Shown here one piece after another: positions 10,101 to 16,812 of a stretch of 38,121 bases of DNA (positions within the stretch are counted from its first letter, which is position 1; every line of letters starts with the position of its first letter). The DNA comes from a virus (taxonomy: Duplodnaviria; Caudoviricetes). A program made the translations under genes and the position numbers. Below the pieces are notes generated by a model. That model was given only the letters and a program-made list of their open reading frames with translations. It was not told where the DNA came from and did not search any database. The stretch spans positions 1-38,121 of IMG/VR virus record IMGVR_UViG_3300034019_000289; one strand, 5' to 3'.

Positions 10101-10806
10101 GTCCAGCACCTTGAAGCGCAGGGCCAGCAACGGGGATATTCAACGCCGTGGACTGCCTCATGTTTTCCGCAGTCCCAGCAATACGCCCTTCACGCTCCAT
10201 CAACTGCTTGATTCGCGCTACATACCCCTTTGTTTCGGCAGGGAACGCGGCAATAATCTGGTCCCGCGTCATACCCTTCCTGAGACGCTTGGCGATATTC
10301 TCCGGTCCCCAGTTGTACCCACCAAGGGCAAGTTCGAGATCGCCACCAAACGCCTGTAATTGTTTGGCAATGTACTTACTGCCACCCATGACGTTCTGCG
10401 TAGGGTCGAAGGAGTCGGTAACGCCCATCTCCTTGGCAGTTCCGGGCATGAGTTGCATGAGACCCTTTGCGCCTACGGGGGAGACAGCATTAGGATTCCC
10501 GCTACTCTCCTGTTGGATCATAGACCGCAGCAAGTTGGCATCCACGCCGTAAAGGCCGGATGCTTTCCCTACAATGGTGCCGATGTCGTTGCTAAGGCCG
10601 CTGGTGAATTCGCCTTGAGGGATGGGAGGCTGACTACTTAGGAGTCTCGGGGCAGGCGGTTGCGGCATGTCTGAGAATTGCATACCGGGGGGCAGTATTG
10701 ACGGAGTGTTTGGTCCTTGCATGGGGGCAGGGACGCTTGCCGCTTCTGGCATATCCGAAAAACGCATTCCCGGAGGGAGTATAGATGGGCGCGTTACAGT
10801 TGCCAT
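1183..10806 (-). CDS. Giant (3207 aa) internal virion/ejection polyvalent protein with lytic transglycosylase and zincin modules
   Basis: SLT motifs IQQESSG, GAKGLMQLMP, YNWG and ETKGYV (~10200-10570); EEVQSDWHQ module (~4150-5450); STFAHESGH...EERFARGWERYL zincin (~3760-4130); C-terminal PFIRTPVNI / YSIKIGDTWYSY region. It lies after the ejection-like genes. Confidence 0.88.
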   Translation of the reverse strand: MATVTRPSILPPGMRFSDMPEAASVPAPMQGPNTPSILPPGMQFSDMPQPPAPRLLSSQPPIPQGEFTSGLSNDIGTIVGKASGLYGVDANLLRSMIQQESSGNPNAVSPVGAKGLMQLMPGTAKEMGVTDSFDPTQNVMGGSKYIAKQLQAFGGDLELALGGYNWGPENIAKRLRKGMTRDQIIAAFPAETKGYVARIKQLMEREGRIAGTAENMRQSTALNIPVAGPALQGAGQAFADLRGVVEGITDWAGITDARTNRSAEDALITSEAFGRAQPGMFPQTVSGVTRSLTSMAPAIGVGLVNPAAGMALAVGTPAATTYSSTKQATGNTYHAIRQGLIEGGITGAFSAIGLGGLEKAASKGFRVGLKALGIDALSELGEEEAIQVLQNVERWYTNNFDPNKKMTAKEVMEGTQQVAIQTIATLGVVRGSQGIASSVMGRPVGTEKPGTVPPPPPAAPVDPNQPATPREFVSQMPRPQDLRLPVQPELIPTTGMEAGAPTPMAPAPTPTLNFVPAPQGPLSQKLLSELTSAAANAPNMADAPDVYAAQTYAIHEAVANARGLTLEESLAKYPQEWQTTKLEDFRKVQAAKAKKGAPLTKAEAKKEGVSGSNEEVRKVLDAVEVLEAIAPTAAPEQPARQMRPPQTFTGQPTPGQQMVRRPQGGATPKDYAAQDKALNDEIEAALDNQDLEGASRLYSKRKAITQERLLESNNGNLVGIEASNGDGTRWAVLVPEMSGRQGQFRLQIFDKRGLSGHQTYNSAEEALREMADQGYRNPDKGAMDRLAQTREFQDGNESLKAAQDSWKMPATPAEPSGTPGQLPQNDLKSAWTRYADTGESTVWDLANDVEGLLADGRAPESLQAALDDFRAAQQDDSQLYGDRSGETARYGDLLADAVQKVTGEDAPAPAVPASGQASSIDVSPISRANSLDELTAIAGRLAASAKTNQELAAIQAAIKKRKAELPTEQEVIDEISASPQIFTTNAGGFIHKSARSPGKIQMTRFTETGVPAGHEEYDSWAEALDQNEFQDDPFPKRGVNFGAILVAKKKAVEIHGDDNVGPYVYYSPLRPFSFGSPISKIEGVVTGVTSDNTQGVVFSKNPLPLDTIERNELQPFDKQARLDAYDQWLKRSNPEPTPTPGAIPEPQGAAPQSPTSMSPYKVVDDPNSYSGRSLVKMDGDKVVGRKQIPSEVLDVTESHSREVKPNGLSIQDNAIVRLTQMDEAKRKTRIANIKKAQFAKGRPAWSNPDGDVVFGSNSYNNAQNKTYWEPLNEKARADKVKLDRQSGATPKRTDTPKDVQGKDIYIYARDVSGNVRPVAGPFYTQNEAETVAQQTRGRMDAEFDTSRLEGFSYRAVEPGTKVDVLYPDIKAQEPSPFTTQPTPSKTPGQPNTSQTGADTPRPDPAFDRLTKKQPWDMTREEFVQFERDRGDPANRIYSAIRYKDGRVVISKKASHDELINRFDSSGEYDSRNDLQDDYRGFSWEGKKDDAYTVYMQDMEDNDANIHKALIAKAMSRGDSVPPAVLAEYPDLAEKYGEKATPAARLAEKKANKEKKAKKLPEPLKRPASLYETVEVKDDNLAAYRDNVRANGVRPPKVYEGTRLNDTDFGGKMLFPWWRTDGSLSWDEAMEMAYEQGLITSDERTEPSKFRELMTGPVTKQVPVAPKFDPSYSELALNLIRTYGNEDRALQIAENQLRVALEQQAELSKADRPKMDDDIAKIEKVIKEFKDSRNRQQTLFDMPTKKGGGKPVEPVWDDDDLPFRRKTMREEGIGDDTSVLFQDSGNAPVWYSKLRDVVDEKMGGAMDAAQLRKMLEGAGVKPEEMEWSRIGDLEGRVTKQQVLSHLAENAIQVEEVTGSEQEGNLPNSHLRDMITRQQLPGGENYRELLLKLPAKTPDTASWDEMTPAYLANQKAQAQREFKSSHFSEPNILAHVRFNDRTDADGKRVLFLEEVQSDWHQEGRKKGYGYPDGKVVSQDGGLWKVEWSDGTFSGGYHSQSAAQDQIVKRQQLKGVPDAPFKTTWPDLTMKRMVRWAAENGYDRIAWTTGDMQADRYDLSKQVQFIGWGPSQKYERSVTISPIGGDLINFEVKDGKVFNPNGPATSFAGKPLDEVVGKEMAEKILSESGGSLSGDGLKIGGTGMKAFYDRMLPIVANRIGKKHGARVGTTKLDTIPGGAREMGDVLDRTENPDFKMSTVHSFDITPSMREEAMTKGMALFQGNQSTNDPKGAITFEGNKAVIHIFESADISTFAHESGHYFRRNFLEGDALATAAKWSKVKPDGVWTKANEERFARGWERYLRDGGKFSHAGMQGVFDKFKGWLTNIYRQIKGSPIDINLSPEMVKVFDDLLGVKRQKGSANVQQEGQGRQAQVPQQAAGVVPSTPMGEGMPPQERPLAPEPASGAQQAVPNRANPGMEPDVRDLFDLMEQMRNETGKPEVKTDIETAEQAASLDGAAVRAKTASGEMLNDAETVRAAEILNIEGKAAIESGNFEAIVSAGELFDGWRTGGTEMGRAFRQRHDKVEGPAQRLRRLTQAIFTPSQSTKAALDLLFQEEKKAINAADKAKKKAERQKILRREAKKTAAMIKKWQEAGFNINEQTLKDPDKMAWAVKQNSIAKSDVWDMANELRMNAMLGMSAPPNIAGNLANLAQEFGIQRPAEALLNIFSNNPDATSFQELAALYSGIRPGLKRALRNGIQSFRTELPAFEYQVGGPNQYGSVDSIQGPAIGGILGRVVRMGFNPVPGLGGTTGLQVQDEFFKSVAADMEVRGAAIRIGKAQGLKGKELNAFVAQQAADYTSKSWERAIAKAEELTFQTKLGKSGQQLMAARDSGTLVGRVLQQLFPFIRTPVNILKTGVRKSPLGSVGIAYQVGKKAIGQNPNYDSKRFQRDAAEQVLAWTMLAALDAWREDDEGNPVITGGIPRNIGNTAERDVKQGATPAYSIKIGDTWYSYARIEPIATTLGTTIDMLDAVHAAKDGQPKEAALRDFYLKFKDQISNKSFLRGLGDIMDAFDDPIGWPRWGSNFLTSYVPSTMRRSTQSADDKVRELRANPQSEIAIAQNVPGKQSLLQPKVNVWGEEITKDEGKHATTDWLYRMMIPADTRDLSERNPQALQLDRMLLNWNNTYPDKPYWPETPQTYYTKDGETIDWTDAQYNQLSILAGQKALEVLGRRKDIDYDNPTEGNIKTVKEVLEKARGIAKRAVLADVD

Positions 10807-12581
10807 TAAAGCTGAGTCCCCGTTCGTGTGTAGTATTCATTAGCAACAGCACTCATTACTCCCGGATACTGCTTGAACCGCTCCCTGATAACAGGAATCG
10901 GCACCTTATTGTCAAGCAACCCCTTGGCGACATTATCAAAGACCGAGTTATTTTTGCCAGCGCGGGGAGGCACGTTCGCCAAGAAGGTTAAAGCCGAACG
11001 CATTGCAGCATCAGCTTCTCTGGTAATAGTTTCGCCTGTGGCAAGAAGCCACTTGTCCGCAGCACTCAGTTCGCGTGGTGGAGCCTCGGGTGGTGCAACA
11101 TACCCTGATCCTCTTGCCAAATCAGCCATTGACTGCCCGCTATTAACGGGTAGTAGGCTTGCGTTCCTTTCCTCAAACTGCTGGGCCTTTAATGCCTGTG
11201 CATCAGCAATCACTTGCTCAAGCGAGCGAGGTGGTGCGGGTGGGGGAGGGATGTAGTTGCTGCGGCTAAGTGCGCCGGGTATTGCAGAAGGCGCAGGGTA
11301 GGCTACTGGTCCTTGGTATGGGTTGCCGTTCTGCGCTGAGAATACGGGGTTCATCAAGTCATATCCCGTATTGACCTGCGGGGGTGTGGTTCCTGCGAGC
11401 GGGGCATTGCTAGGCGCACTCGATGGTTGCGCTGGAGTTGAAGCAAGGGGAGCCTGCCCAACCGGTTCATAGTTATTACCACCAAGATATTTATACGAAT
11501 TACCATCTGTACCAGTGAATGTGTCACCGGGGTTGACGTTCTGTGCCGGTGCCGCCTGTCCACCGCCCTGAGCGAGCGGAGCACTCGGCTGCGCTGGAGC
11601 ACCTTGTCCCGGCATAGGCTTAGGCCCAAGAATCTGCTCTGTCTGGAGCCTTGCAGCTTCCATCTCAGCAGTGGGGTCGAATTCCATCGAACTAGCTGCT
11701 TTGGCCGATATGTTTTGCTGATAGAAACGCTGCTGCATCGCTGCCCAGTCCTTTAAGCCAACTCCACCGCTTGCAGCACTAGGCGGCACTGGGTAGGACG
11801 TTCCCTCTTGGACAGGGACCGCCTTTTGCACCACTCTCCCGTTTTCATCAACCGTTTCGATCATCTGGTAGCGGGGCTGCGATCCATTGTTGGGGGCTAC
11901 ATAAAGCGGAACCCCAGTCTTTAATTCATCCATTGTCGCTAGGCGTTTTATCGGATTCCCATTCGCATCCACCGTTTCAACGTACTGTTGCGGCATGACA
12001 TCCGGTTTGGCGGTATATCCGGTAATTGGAACAGCCTTAGCATAAGGGGTGCCGTCCGCTCCTATGCCACGATAAACCTGCGTCCCATCTGGGCCGGTCG
12101 TAATATCCCCTATTGTTGCTTTCCGCTTCAGCCGCGCCTCCTCCTGATCCAGCCGGAACTTTTCCATCTTCTGCTGGTTCTTAAACTGCATCTCCTGCAC
12201 TTTAAGTTGCTGCGAACGCTCCTTCTCCTGCTCCATTTGCTGTTCCATCTGGACACGCTGCTGCATCTTCGCCGTGGCAGACATTTGGTTGTCCTTCTGG
12301 ATGATGTTCGCCGTGTTGTTGAACGCTTGTGCAGACATGCCCCAAGTGTTCCCCGGAACCGCAGTCGGGGTAGGCAACTCGTTGTAGTCCTGAATCTGGC
12401 GATTGATACCCGAGAACACGTTCTGCATTCCCTGCATCCCCTGATTCATGGGGCTGAATTGCGCCTGTTCCTGCTGGTGCATTTGCGCGTACTGCTGCAA
12501 TTCCGCAGGGTCGGTGCCGTCATCCGCGAAGTACCGTTGGCCGTTCAGATGGATTTGGACTGGCATGTTTAGTACATCCAA
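10806..12581 (-). CDS. Gln/Pro-rich probable ejection (internal virion) protein
   Basis: Q/M-rich coiled coil, repeated ETVDxNG hairpins and Pro-rich linkers; immediately upstream of the giant protein. ATG 12566 is an alternative start. Confidence 0.6.
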   Translation of the reverse strand: MDVLNMPVQIHLNGQRYFADDGTDPAELQQYAQMHQQEQAQFSPMNQGMQGMQNVFSGINRQIQDYNELPTPTAVPGNTWGMSAQAFNNTANIIQKDNQMSATAKMQQRVQMEQQMEQEKERSQQLKVQEMQFKNQQKMEKFRLDQEEARLKRKATIGDITTGPDGTQVYRGIGADGTPYAKAVPITGYTAKPDVMPQQYVETVDANGNPIKRLATMDELKTGVPLYVAPNNGSQPRYQMIETVDENGRVVQKAVPVQEGTSYPVPPSAASGGVGLKDWAAMQQRFYQQNISAKAASSMEFDPTAEMEAARLQTEQILGPKPMPGQGAPAQPSAPLAQGGGQAAPAQNVNPGDTFTGTDGNSYKYLGGNNYEPVGQAPLASTPAQPSSAPSNAPLAGTTPPQVNTGYDLMNPVFSAQNGNPYQGPVAYPAPSAIPGALSRSNYIPPPPAPPRSLEQVIADAQALKAQQFEERNASLLPVNSGQSMADLARGSGYVAPPEAPPRELSAADKWLLATGETITREADAAMRSALTFLANVPPRAGKNNSVFDNVAKGLLDNKVPIPVIRERFKQYPGVMSAVANEYYTRTGTQL

Positions 12582-13288
12582 TTGCTGTAAGGATTGGGTT
12601 GCTGCATGGTGTTTGCCATGTTGTTCTTGTTCATATACAGACCGCCTTGCACGGGTTGGAACATGGAGGACAATCCCTGCATGGGCATCTGCTGCTGCAT
12701 CTGCGAGCGCATGAAACCTTGGATGTTCGGGTTGTTGAACAGCTTGGAGCCGAAGCCCGTTGCTGCCGGAGCCGCCATCGCATTGCTTGCCGCAGGGGTG
12801 AACTTCCCGATAGGGTCAAACAGTCCGGTTGCCGTTTTCGCACCAGTGTACGTTCCAGCACCCGCCGCCGCAGGGGCCATCATCCCAGCCGTTAAGCCAC
12901 CCATCGCGCCTTGAGCACCATACATGAGGCTCTGTTGGGGATTGAATCCGCCACCACCCACAAGATTCCCCACCGTCCCGCCTATTGCACCACCAGCCGC
13001 TCCAGCAAGCGCAGGGATAGCCAAGGATGCACCACCCGTTACTGGGGCTAAAGCAATGCCTGCAATCGTGCCAAGCGTGGAACCAATGCTCCCGAACAGG
13101 CCAGACTTGCGCTTCTTCTCCTCCTCCTCCTTAGCCTTCTTCATGGCCTGAGCCTGCTGCTGCGTAGAGAACACTTCTCCCATGCGATCATTGAATGCAG
13201 CCTGAGACGTGCCGGGAGCCGCATACATGGTCCCAGCCTGATTGAACACCTGCCCGAGTCCGAGCAACTTGTCGGTACTTATTCCCAT
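12569..13288 (-). CDS. Gly/Ala-rich DNA pilot/ejection protein
   Basis: Glycine-zipper segment GSIGSTLGTIAGIALAPVTGGASLAIPALAGAAGGAIGG; GGAG SD; typical position. Confidence 0.65.
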   Translation of the reverse strand: MGISTDKLLGLGQVFNQAGTMYAAPGTSQAAFNDRMGEVFSTQQQAQAMKKAKEEEEKKRKSGLFGSIGSTLGTIAGIALAPVTGGASLAIPALAGAAGGAIGGTVGNLVGGGGFNPQQSLMYGAQGAMGGLTAGMMAPAAAGAGTYTGAKTATGLFDPIGKFTPAASNAMAAPAATGFGSKLFNNPNIQGFMRSQMQQQMPMQGLSSMFQPVQGGLYMNKNNMANTMQQPNPYSNWMY

Positions 13289-13300
13289 GATGGAAACTCC

Positions 13301-14206
13301 TTATTTCTTGAGTACGCCAGCCAAACTAACACCAATTTGGGCTGCACCAAACAGGGTTGCCATTATCTTGTCGCCCATAGACTGCTCACGGCTTGAAGGC
13401 ACGCCACCCGTGTAGCTGGAGATCATGCCTGCCACATAGGTCGGGAACATATCCAGCGTCCAAAGCACCTCGTTCTTGTCAAGGGCCGTGTCGGACGTGA
13501 TCTGGTCGTTCTTGCCGGTGATGTGGGCAATGCCCGTGCGCATCCTGAGTTCCACGCCGGTCTGGTAGGCCGAAAGCTGCTGCTGCACCATAGCCAGCAT
13601 GGACTGCGCCGTGCTCTGGATGTAGTTAATGCGCTGGTCCTGAAAGGTCAAGCGAATCTTCGCGTCATAGTCGTTGACTTCCATCTGACGCTGGTTTTCC
13701 ATGTAGGCAATCGTGTTGTCGAACATGCCCGTCATAACGGCACGAGACCCTAGAAGCCCCGCATACGACCGAGAGGCCGAACGCTGAAAAGCATCCTGCC
13801 CGCGCAACTCGAAAGCGTTTACCGCAGCGTCGATATGGGTATTGTCATTGAATATCGTGTCTGCCTGAGTGGTTGCCAACTCGATAGCGGCGTTGATCTG
13901 GTCCTCGGGGTCCAAGTCCGCAATCAGGTCAAGGAAGTCTTGGCAGACATCGTCAATCTCGCCAAGGATCGCATCAGGGTTGAACGCCGATACGCCCGTG
14001 AAGGGGTTAAGCAGCTTTGCCGCCTCTAGTTCACCCGCAAGGTTGGTGGTAATGGCATCGGCAATTGCGGTAGCATCCGTGTTCGCAGCAGTGCTTTCCC
14101 CCGCTGCATTAACAGTAACACCAACATCACCCATCCACTGTGAGTGGTACTGACTGACATAACTTGGAACGGTTGTCATACCCGTTCCGCCGCCTCCTGG
14201 AGCCAT
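13301..14206 (-). CDS. Probable ejection/internal virion protein
   Basis: N-terminal GGGG, helical body and C-terminal hydrophobic Gly-containing helix; follows the GNAT as in T7/P22-like layouts. Confidence 0.55.
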   Translation of the reverse strand: MAPGGGGTGMTTVPSYVSQYHSQWMGDVGVTVNAAGESTAANTDATAIADAITTNLAGELEAAKLLNPFTGVSAFNPDAILGEIDDVCQDFLDLIADLDPEDQINAAIELATTQADTIFNDNTHIDAAVNAFELRGQDAFQRSASRSYAGLLGSRAVMTGMFDNTIAYMENQRQMEVNDYDAKIRLTFQDQRINYIQSTAQSMLAMVQQQLSAYQTGVELRMRTGIAHITGKNDQITSDTALDKNEVLWTLDMFPTYVAGMISSYTGGVPSSREQSMGDKIMATLFGAAQIGVSLAGVLKK

Positions 14207-14207
14207 G

Positions 14208-14669
14208 TTACACCGCCTTTCTATATCCGGCGGTCGAGAATCCGAACGCCGTCAACAGTTCCTTGGCACGGGGATTCTCGGTATATACCTCAACCCACTG
14301 CGCACCACGTTCACTAGCATAATCGAAAAGCTGTCCGTAGGCCAACTTCCATTGGTCAAAGTCAATATGGACTACATCGTTGACGTGCAGCAGGATAAGC
14401 CACTTGCTGCCACGGTAAGGCTCTTCCCCAACGCCGGTGATCATGCAGCCAGCGGGGAAATGCTTGCCGTCAGCTTCCCCGCGCAACAGCCACATCTGCA
14501 ACCCGTTGGGGGTCATGCAGTCCGTGAGTAGCTTCCCCACGCCTTCGTCGTCGTAGAGTTCGCTTCTCTTTAGGACGTGGAACAGCATGTCCCAAGCGTT
14601 TTTCACCTCGCTTGGCTTCATCTTCTGACACGCTATCGTGTAGTCTTTCGGGGGTGCTTCCGTCAGCAT
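14208..14669 (-). CDS. GNAT-fold protein of the virion assembly region
   Basis: C-terminal LFDYASERGAQWVEVYTENPRAKELLTAFGF resembles the GNAT motif B region; sits between tail and ejection genes. Confidence 0.6.
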   Translation of the reverse strand: MLTEAPPKDYTIACQKMKPSEVKNAWDMLFHVLKRSELYDDEGVGKLLTDCMTPNGLQMWLLRGEADGKHFPAGCMITGVGEEPYRGSKWLILLHVNDVVHIDFDQWKLAYGQLFDYASERGAQWVEVYTENPRAKELLTAFGFSTAGYRKAV

Positions 14670-16606
14670 TAGTCCGTCTCCCGCATTCCTTTGGTTCCGC
14701 GCCTATTCGTAATGTCGTCGGCAATGTAGCGCACTTCAACGCGCTGCAAAACGCCTACTTCTCCGGTGGGTACGGTGCCGGTGATTCGCACTTTCGCGTC
14801 AGTGAATTCGACCGAGGGCCACAAGAAGCAGTTCCCCGCCTTAGTGGCTTGGGTATATCCACCCACTTGGTAGCCTGCATCCTCGTACCGGAAATCTGCG
14901 CCACCGCGCACAGCGTCAATGTTCTCGTGGCTGATCTGGTAATTGGAAATGTGCTTCTTTCCACGCTCGGTAATGTCGAGGGGCATGGAGCGGAACAGGA
15001 CGGTGGTTTTCGTGGAATCGCTCCTGCGGTCCCTAGAAACCCCTACAAGCCCTTGGACGGCATCGCGGAATACATTGGTGGGCAATACCTCTATCGCGCC
15101 CCCTAGCTTGCCTGAGCCATCCAGAACGTAGCCGGTTAGGGTATCGGTGATCCAATACGTCCCCTCCTCGTAATCGTAGGAGATTGTGGTCTTGGACATA
15201 TCCAGATCGTCCATGTAGGAGCGGTAGCCCAGCCGGTTTAAGCCCTGAGCATTCAGGTGCCACAAGTCGCGGCTCCCGTCGATGAATATGCACTCCGATT
15301 CATTCCCGCCTACACAGCCACGGCCCGGAATACCGAGAGGGTGAATAGGCTCTTCCATGAATTGCTCGCCATCGGGTAGCAGGCGGGATATGCCGTTGGT
15401 GCCGAATACGACAGGGTGAGCGTCGAGGCTGTGAATGGCCTGCACCGCTCCGGGGTATCGAAGGGGACACATGCCCCACTTGTAATTCTCCAACTCGGAG
15501 ATATTTATACCGTACAAGTTATCGAATTGTTCCGTGCCGTATACCCCGCAAATACTTAGCAAGGGATGGAATGGGCGGTCATTCGCGCCACCACCACGCT
15601 CACCAAACACCACCCAAGACGTATCGAACGCTTGCGAGGAGTATGAAAGCCGGTCGCCGGTCTGCGCATCCTTCCATCGGTTGAGTGCCTTGGTGAAGCG
15701 AGTATCGGTGAACCATGAGCCACCGCAACCTGCCAGCAGGAGCCTGTTTCGGAAACCTGCCATCGCGTTGAACGTGACATTGCTGGTCCCCTGCTTTGTG
15801 CTGGCAACGTTGCCGGGGGCGTTGGCAATGAAGGATGCCCCGTTGTTCAGGAAGTCTATGTCGAGGAAGGACACATTCTTCCAAGGGCCACCAGCGGTGA
15901 TCGTGAATACCGGCACTTCCTTAACGGAAGCGTCTGAAATAGTCCCCGTGAACCCTGCGCCAGATATTGTAAAGCCCGTGGTGGTCGTGCAGAACAGGTA
16001 GCTTGTGAAAGTGCCTGCACCAGAATAGGTGCCGCTGGTAGTTGCACCAGCCAGCATTGCGACCGCACCACTTGTGTAGGCAGTAATCACGATTCTCACG
16101 CGGTACAGCTTACCAACGGTCAGTATAGCCGCTTGGGATAAGAAGTCAGATGCCCCTGCACCAACAGCGTTGCCGCCCGTGATCGTCCATCCAGAGCCAA
16201 CAGTCCATCCCGTGCCACTTGAGAAGTCAGGCGTGGTCAGGAGTTCCGAGCCTACGGTATCGCTCTTGTAAATGGTCTGCACCGTGGAGGTCCAAGGATT
16301 AGCCGATGTCGTTACAAGGGACAACGCTGTTTTATCTGCCAGCCACGTATTGCGCTCGCCACGAAGTAGGGCAGGGATTCCAGCCGTAGTCCAGTCCACC
16401 GATAGGGGTGCAGCAAAAGGATAGTTCACCGTCTCAGGCGTGACTGCCCCGTAAACGGTTGGCTTCAAGTTCTGCATGGTCTCCGCATACGGGGTATTCC
16501 TCGGCACACGAGCGTCAGGAGGCAACCCATTACGCATGGATTCCTCAATCACGAAGCTGTGTTCCCGAAGGCCCGGAACGTCAGTGGAATGCTGGTACTG
16601 CGCCAC
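14669..16606 (-). CDS. Tail nozzle / DNA-stabilisation-like protein, paralog C (645 aa), with CBM-like insert
   Basis: Beta-rich, lies downstream of the adaptor, and aligns by eye with 16812-18740 and 18728-20347. GTG start in a TAGTG overlap. Confidence 0.65.
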   Translation of the reverse strand: MAQYQHSTDVPGLREHSFVIEESMRNGLPPDARVPRNTPYAETMQNLKPTVYGAVTPETVNYPFAAPLSVDWTTAGIPALLRGERNTWLADKTALSLVTTSANPWTSTVQTIYKSDTVGSELLTTPDFSSGTGWTVGSGWTITGGNAVGAGASDFLSQAAILTVGKLYRVRIVITAYTSGAVAMLAGATTSGTYSGAGTFTSYLFCTTTTGFTISGAGFTGTISDASVKEVPVFTITAGGPWKNVSFLDIDFLNNGASFIANAPGNVASTKQGTSNVTFNAMAGFRNRLLLAGCGGSWFTDTRFTKALNRWKDAQTGDRLSYSSQAFDTSWVVFGERGGGANDRPFHPLLSICGVYGTEQFDNLYGINISELENYKWGMCPLRYPGAVQAIHSLDAHPVVFGTNGISRLLPDGEQFMEEPIHPLGIPGRGCVGGNESECIFIDGSRDLWHLNAQGLNRLGYRSYMDDLDMSKTTISYDYEEGTYWITDTLTGYVLDGSGKLGGAIEVLPTNVFRDAVQGLVGVSRDRRSDSTKTTVLFRSMPLDITERGKKHISNYQISHENIDAVRGGADFRYEDAGYQVGGYTQATKAGNCFLWPSVEFTDAKVRITGTVPTGEVGVLQRVEVRYIADDITNRRGTKGMRETD

Positions 16607-16812
16607 TAATTCACCGACCTTTCCAATTGATCGACCAACCGCCCCACTTCTATTCGCAATGGGTGCTCTGGATCAGGGATGTGCTCTCCCACAGCAGCTA
16701 CTATGAAAGTTAAGAAGTGCCAAGTTTCAGTTTGCTTCCAATCAGCCCGTGCGCGTTCTTTTTCCAAAGCCCTGCACGCTGCGTTGATTCCGTCAAAGTC
16801 TGTGTTTTCCAT
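16606..16812 (-). CDS. Hypothetical protein, 68 aa
   Basis: Fills the gap exactly, with 1-nt stop/start overlaps on both sides. Confidence 0.65.
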   Translation of the reverse strand: MENTDFDGINAACRALEKERARADWKQTETWHFLTFIVAAVGEHIPDPEHPLRIEVGRLVDQLERSVN

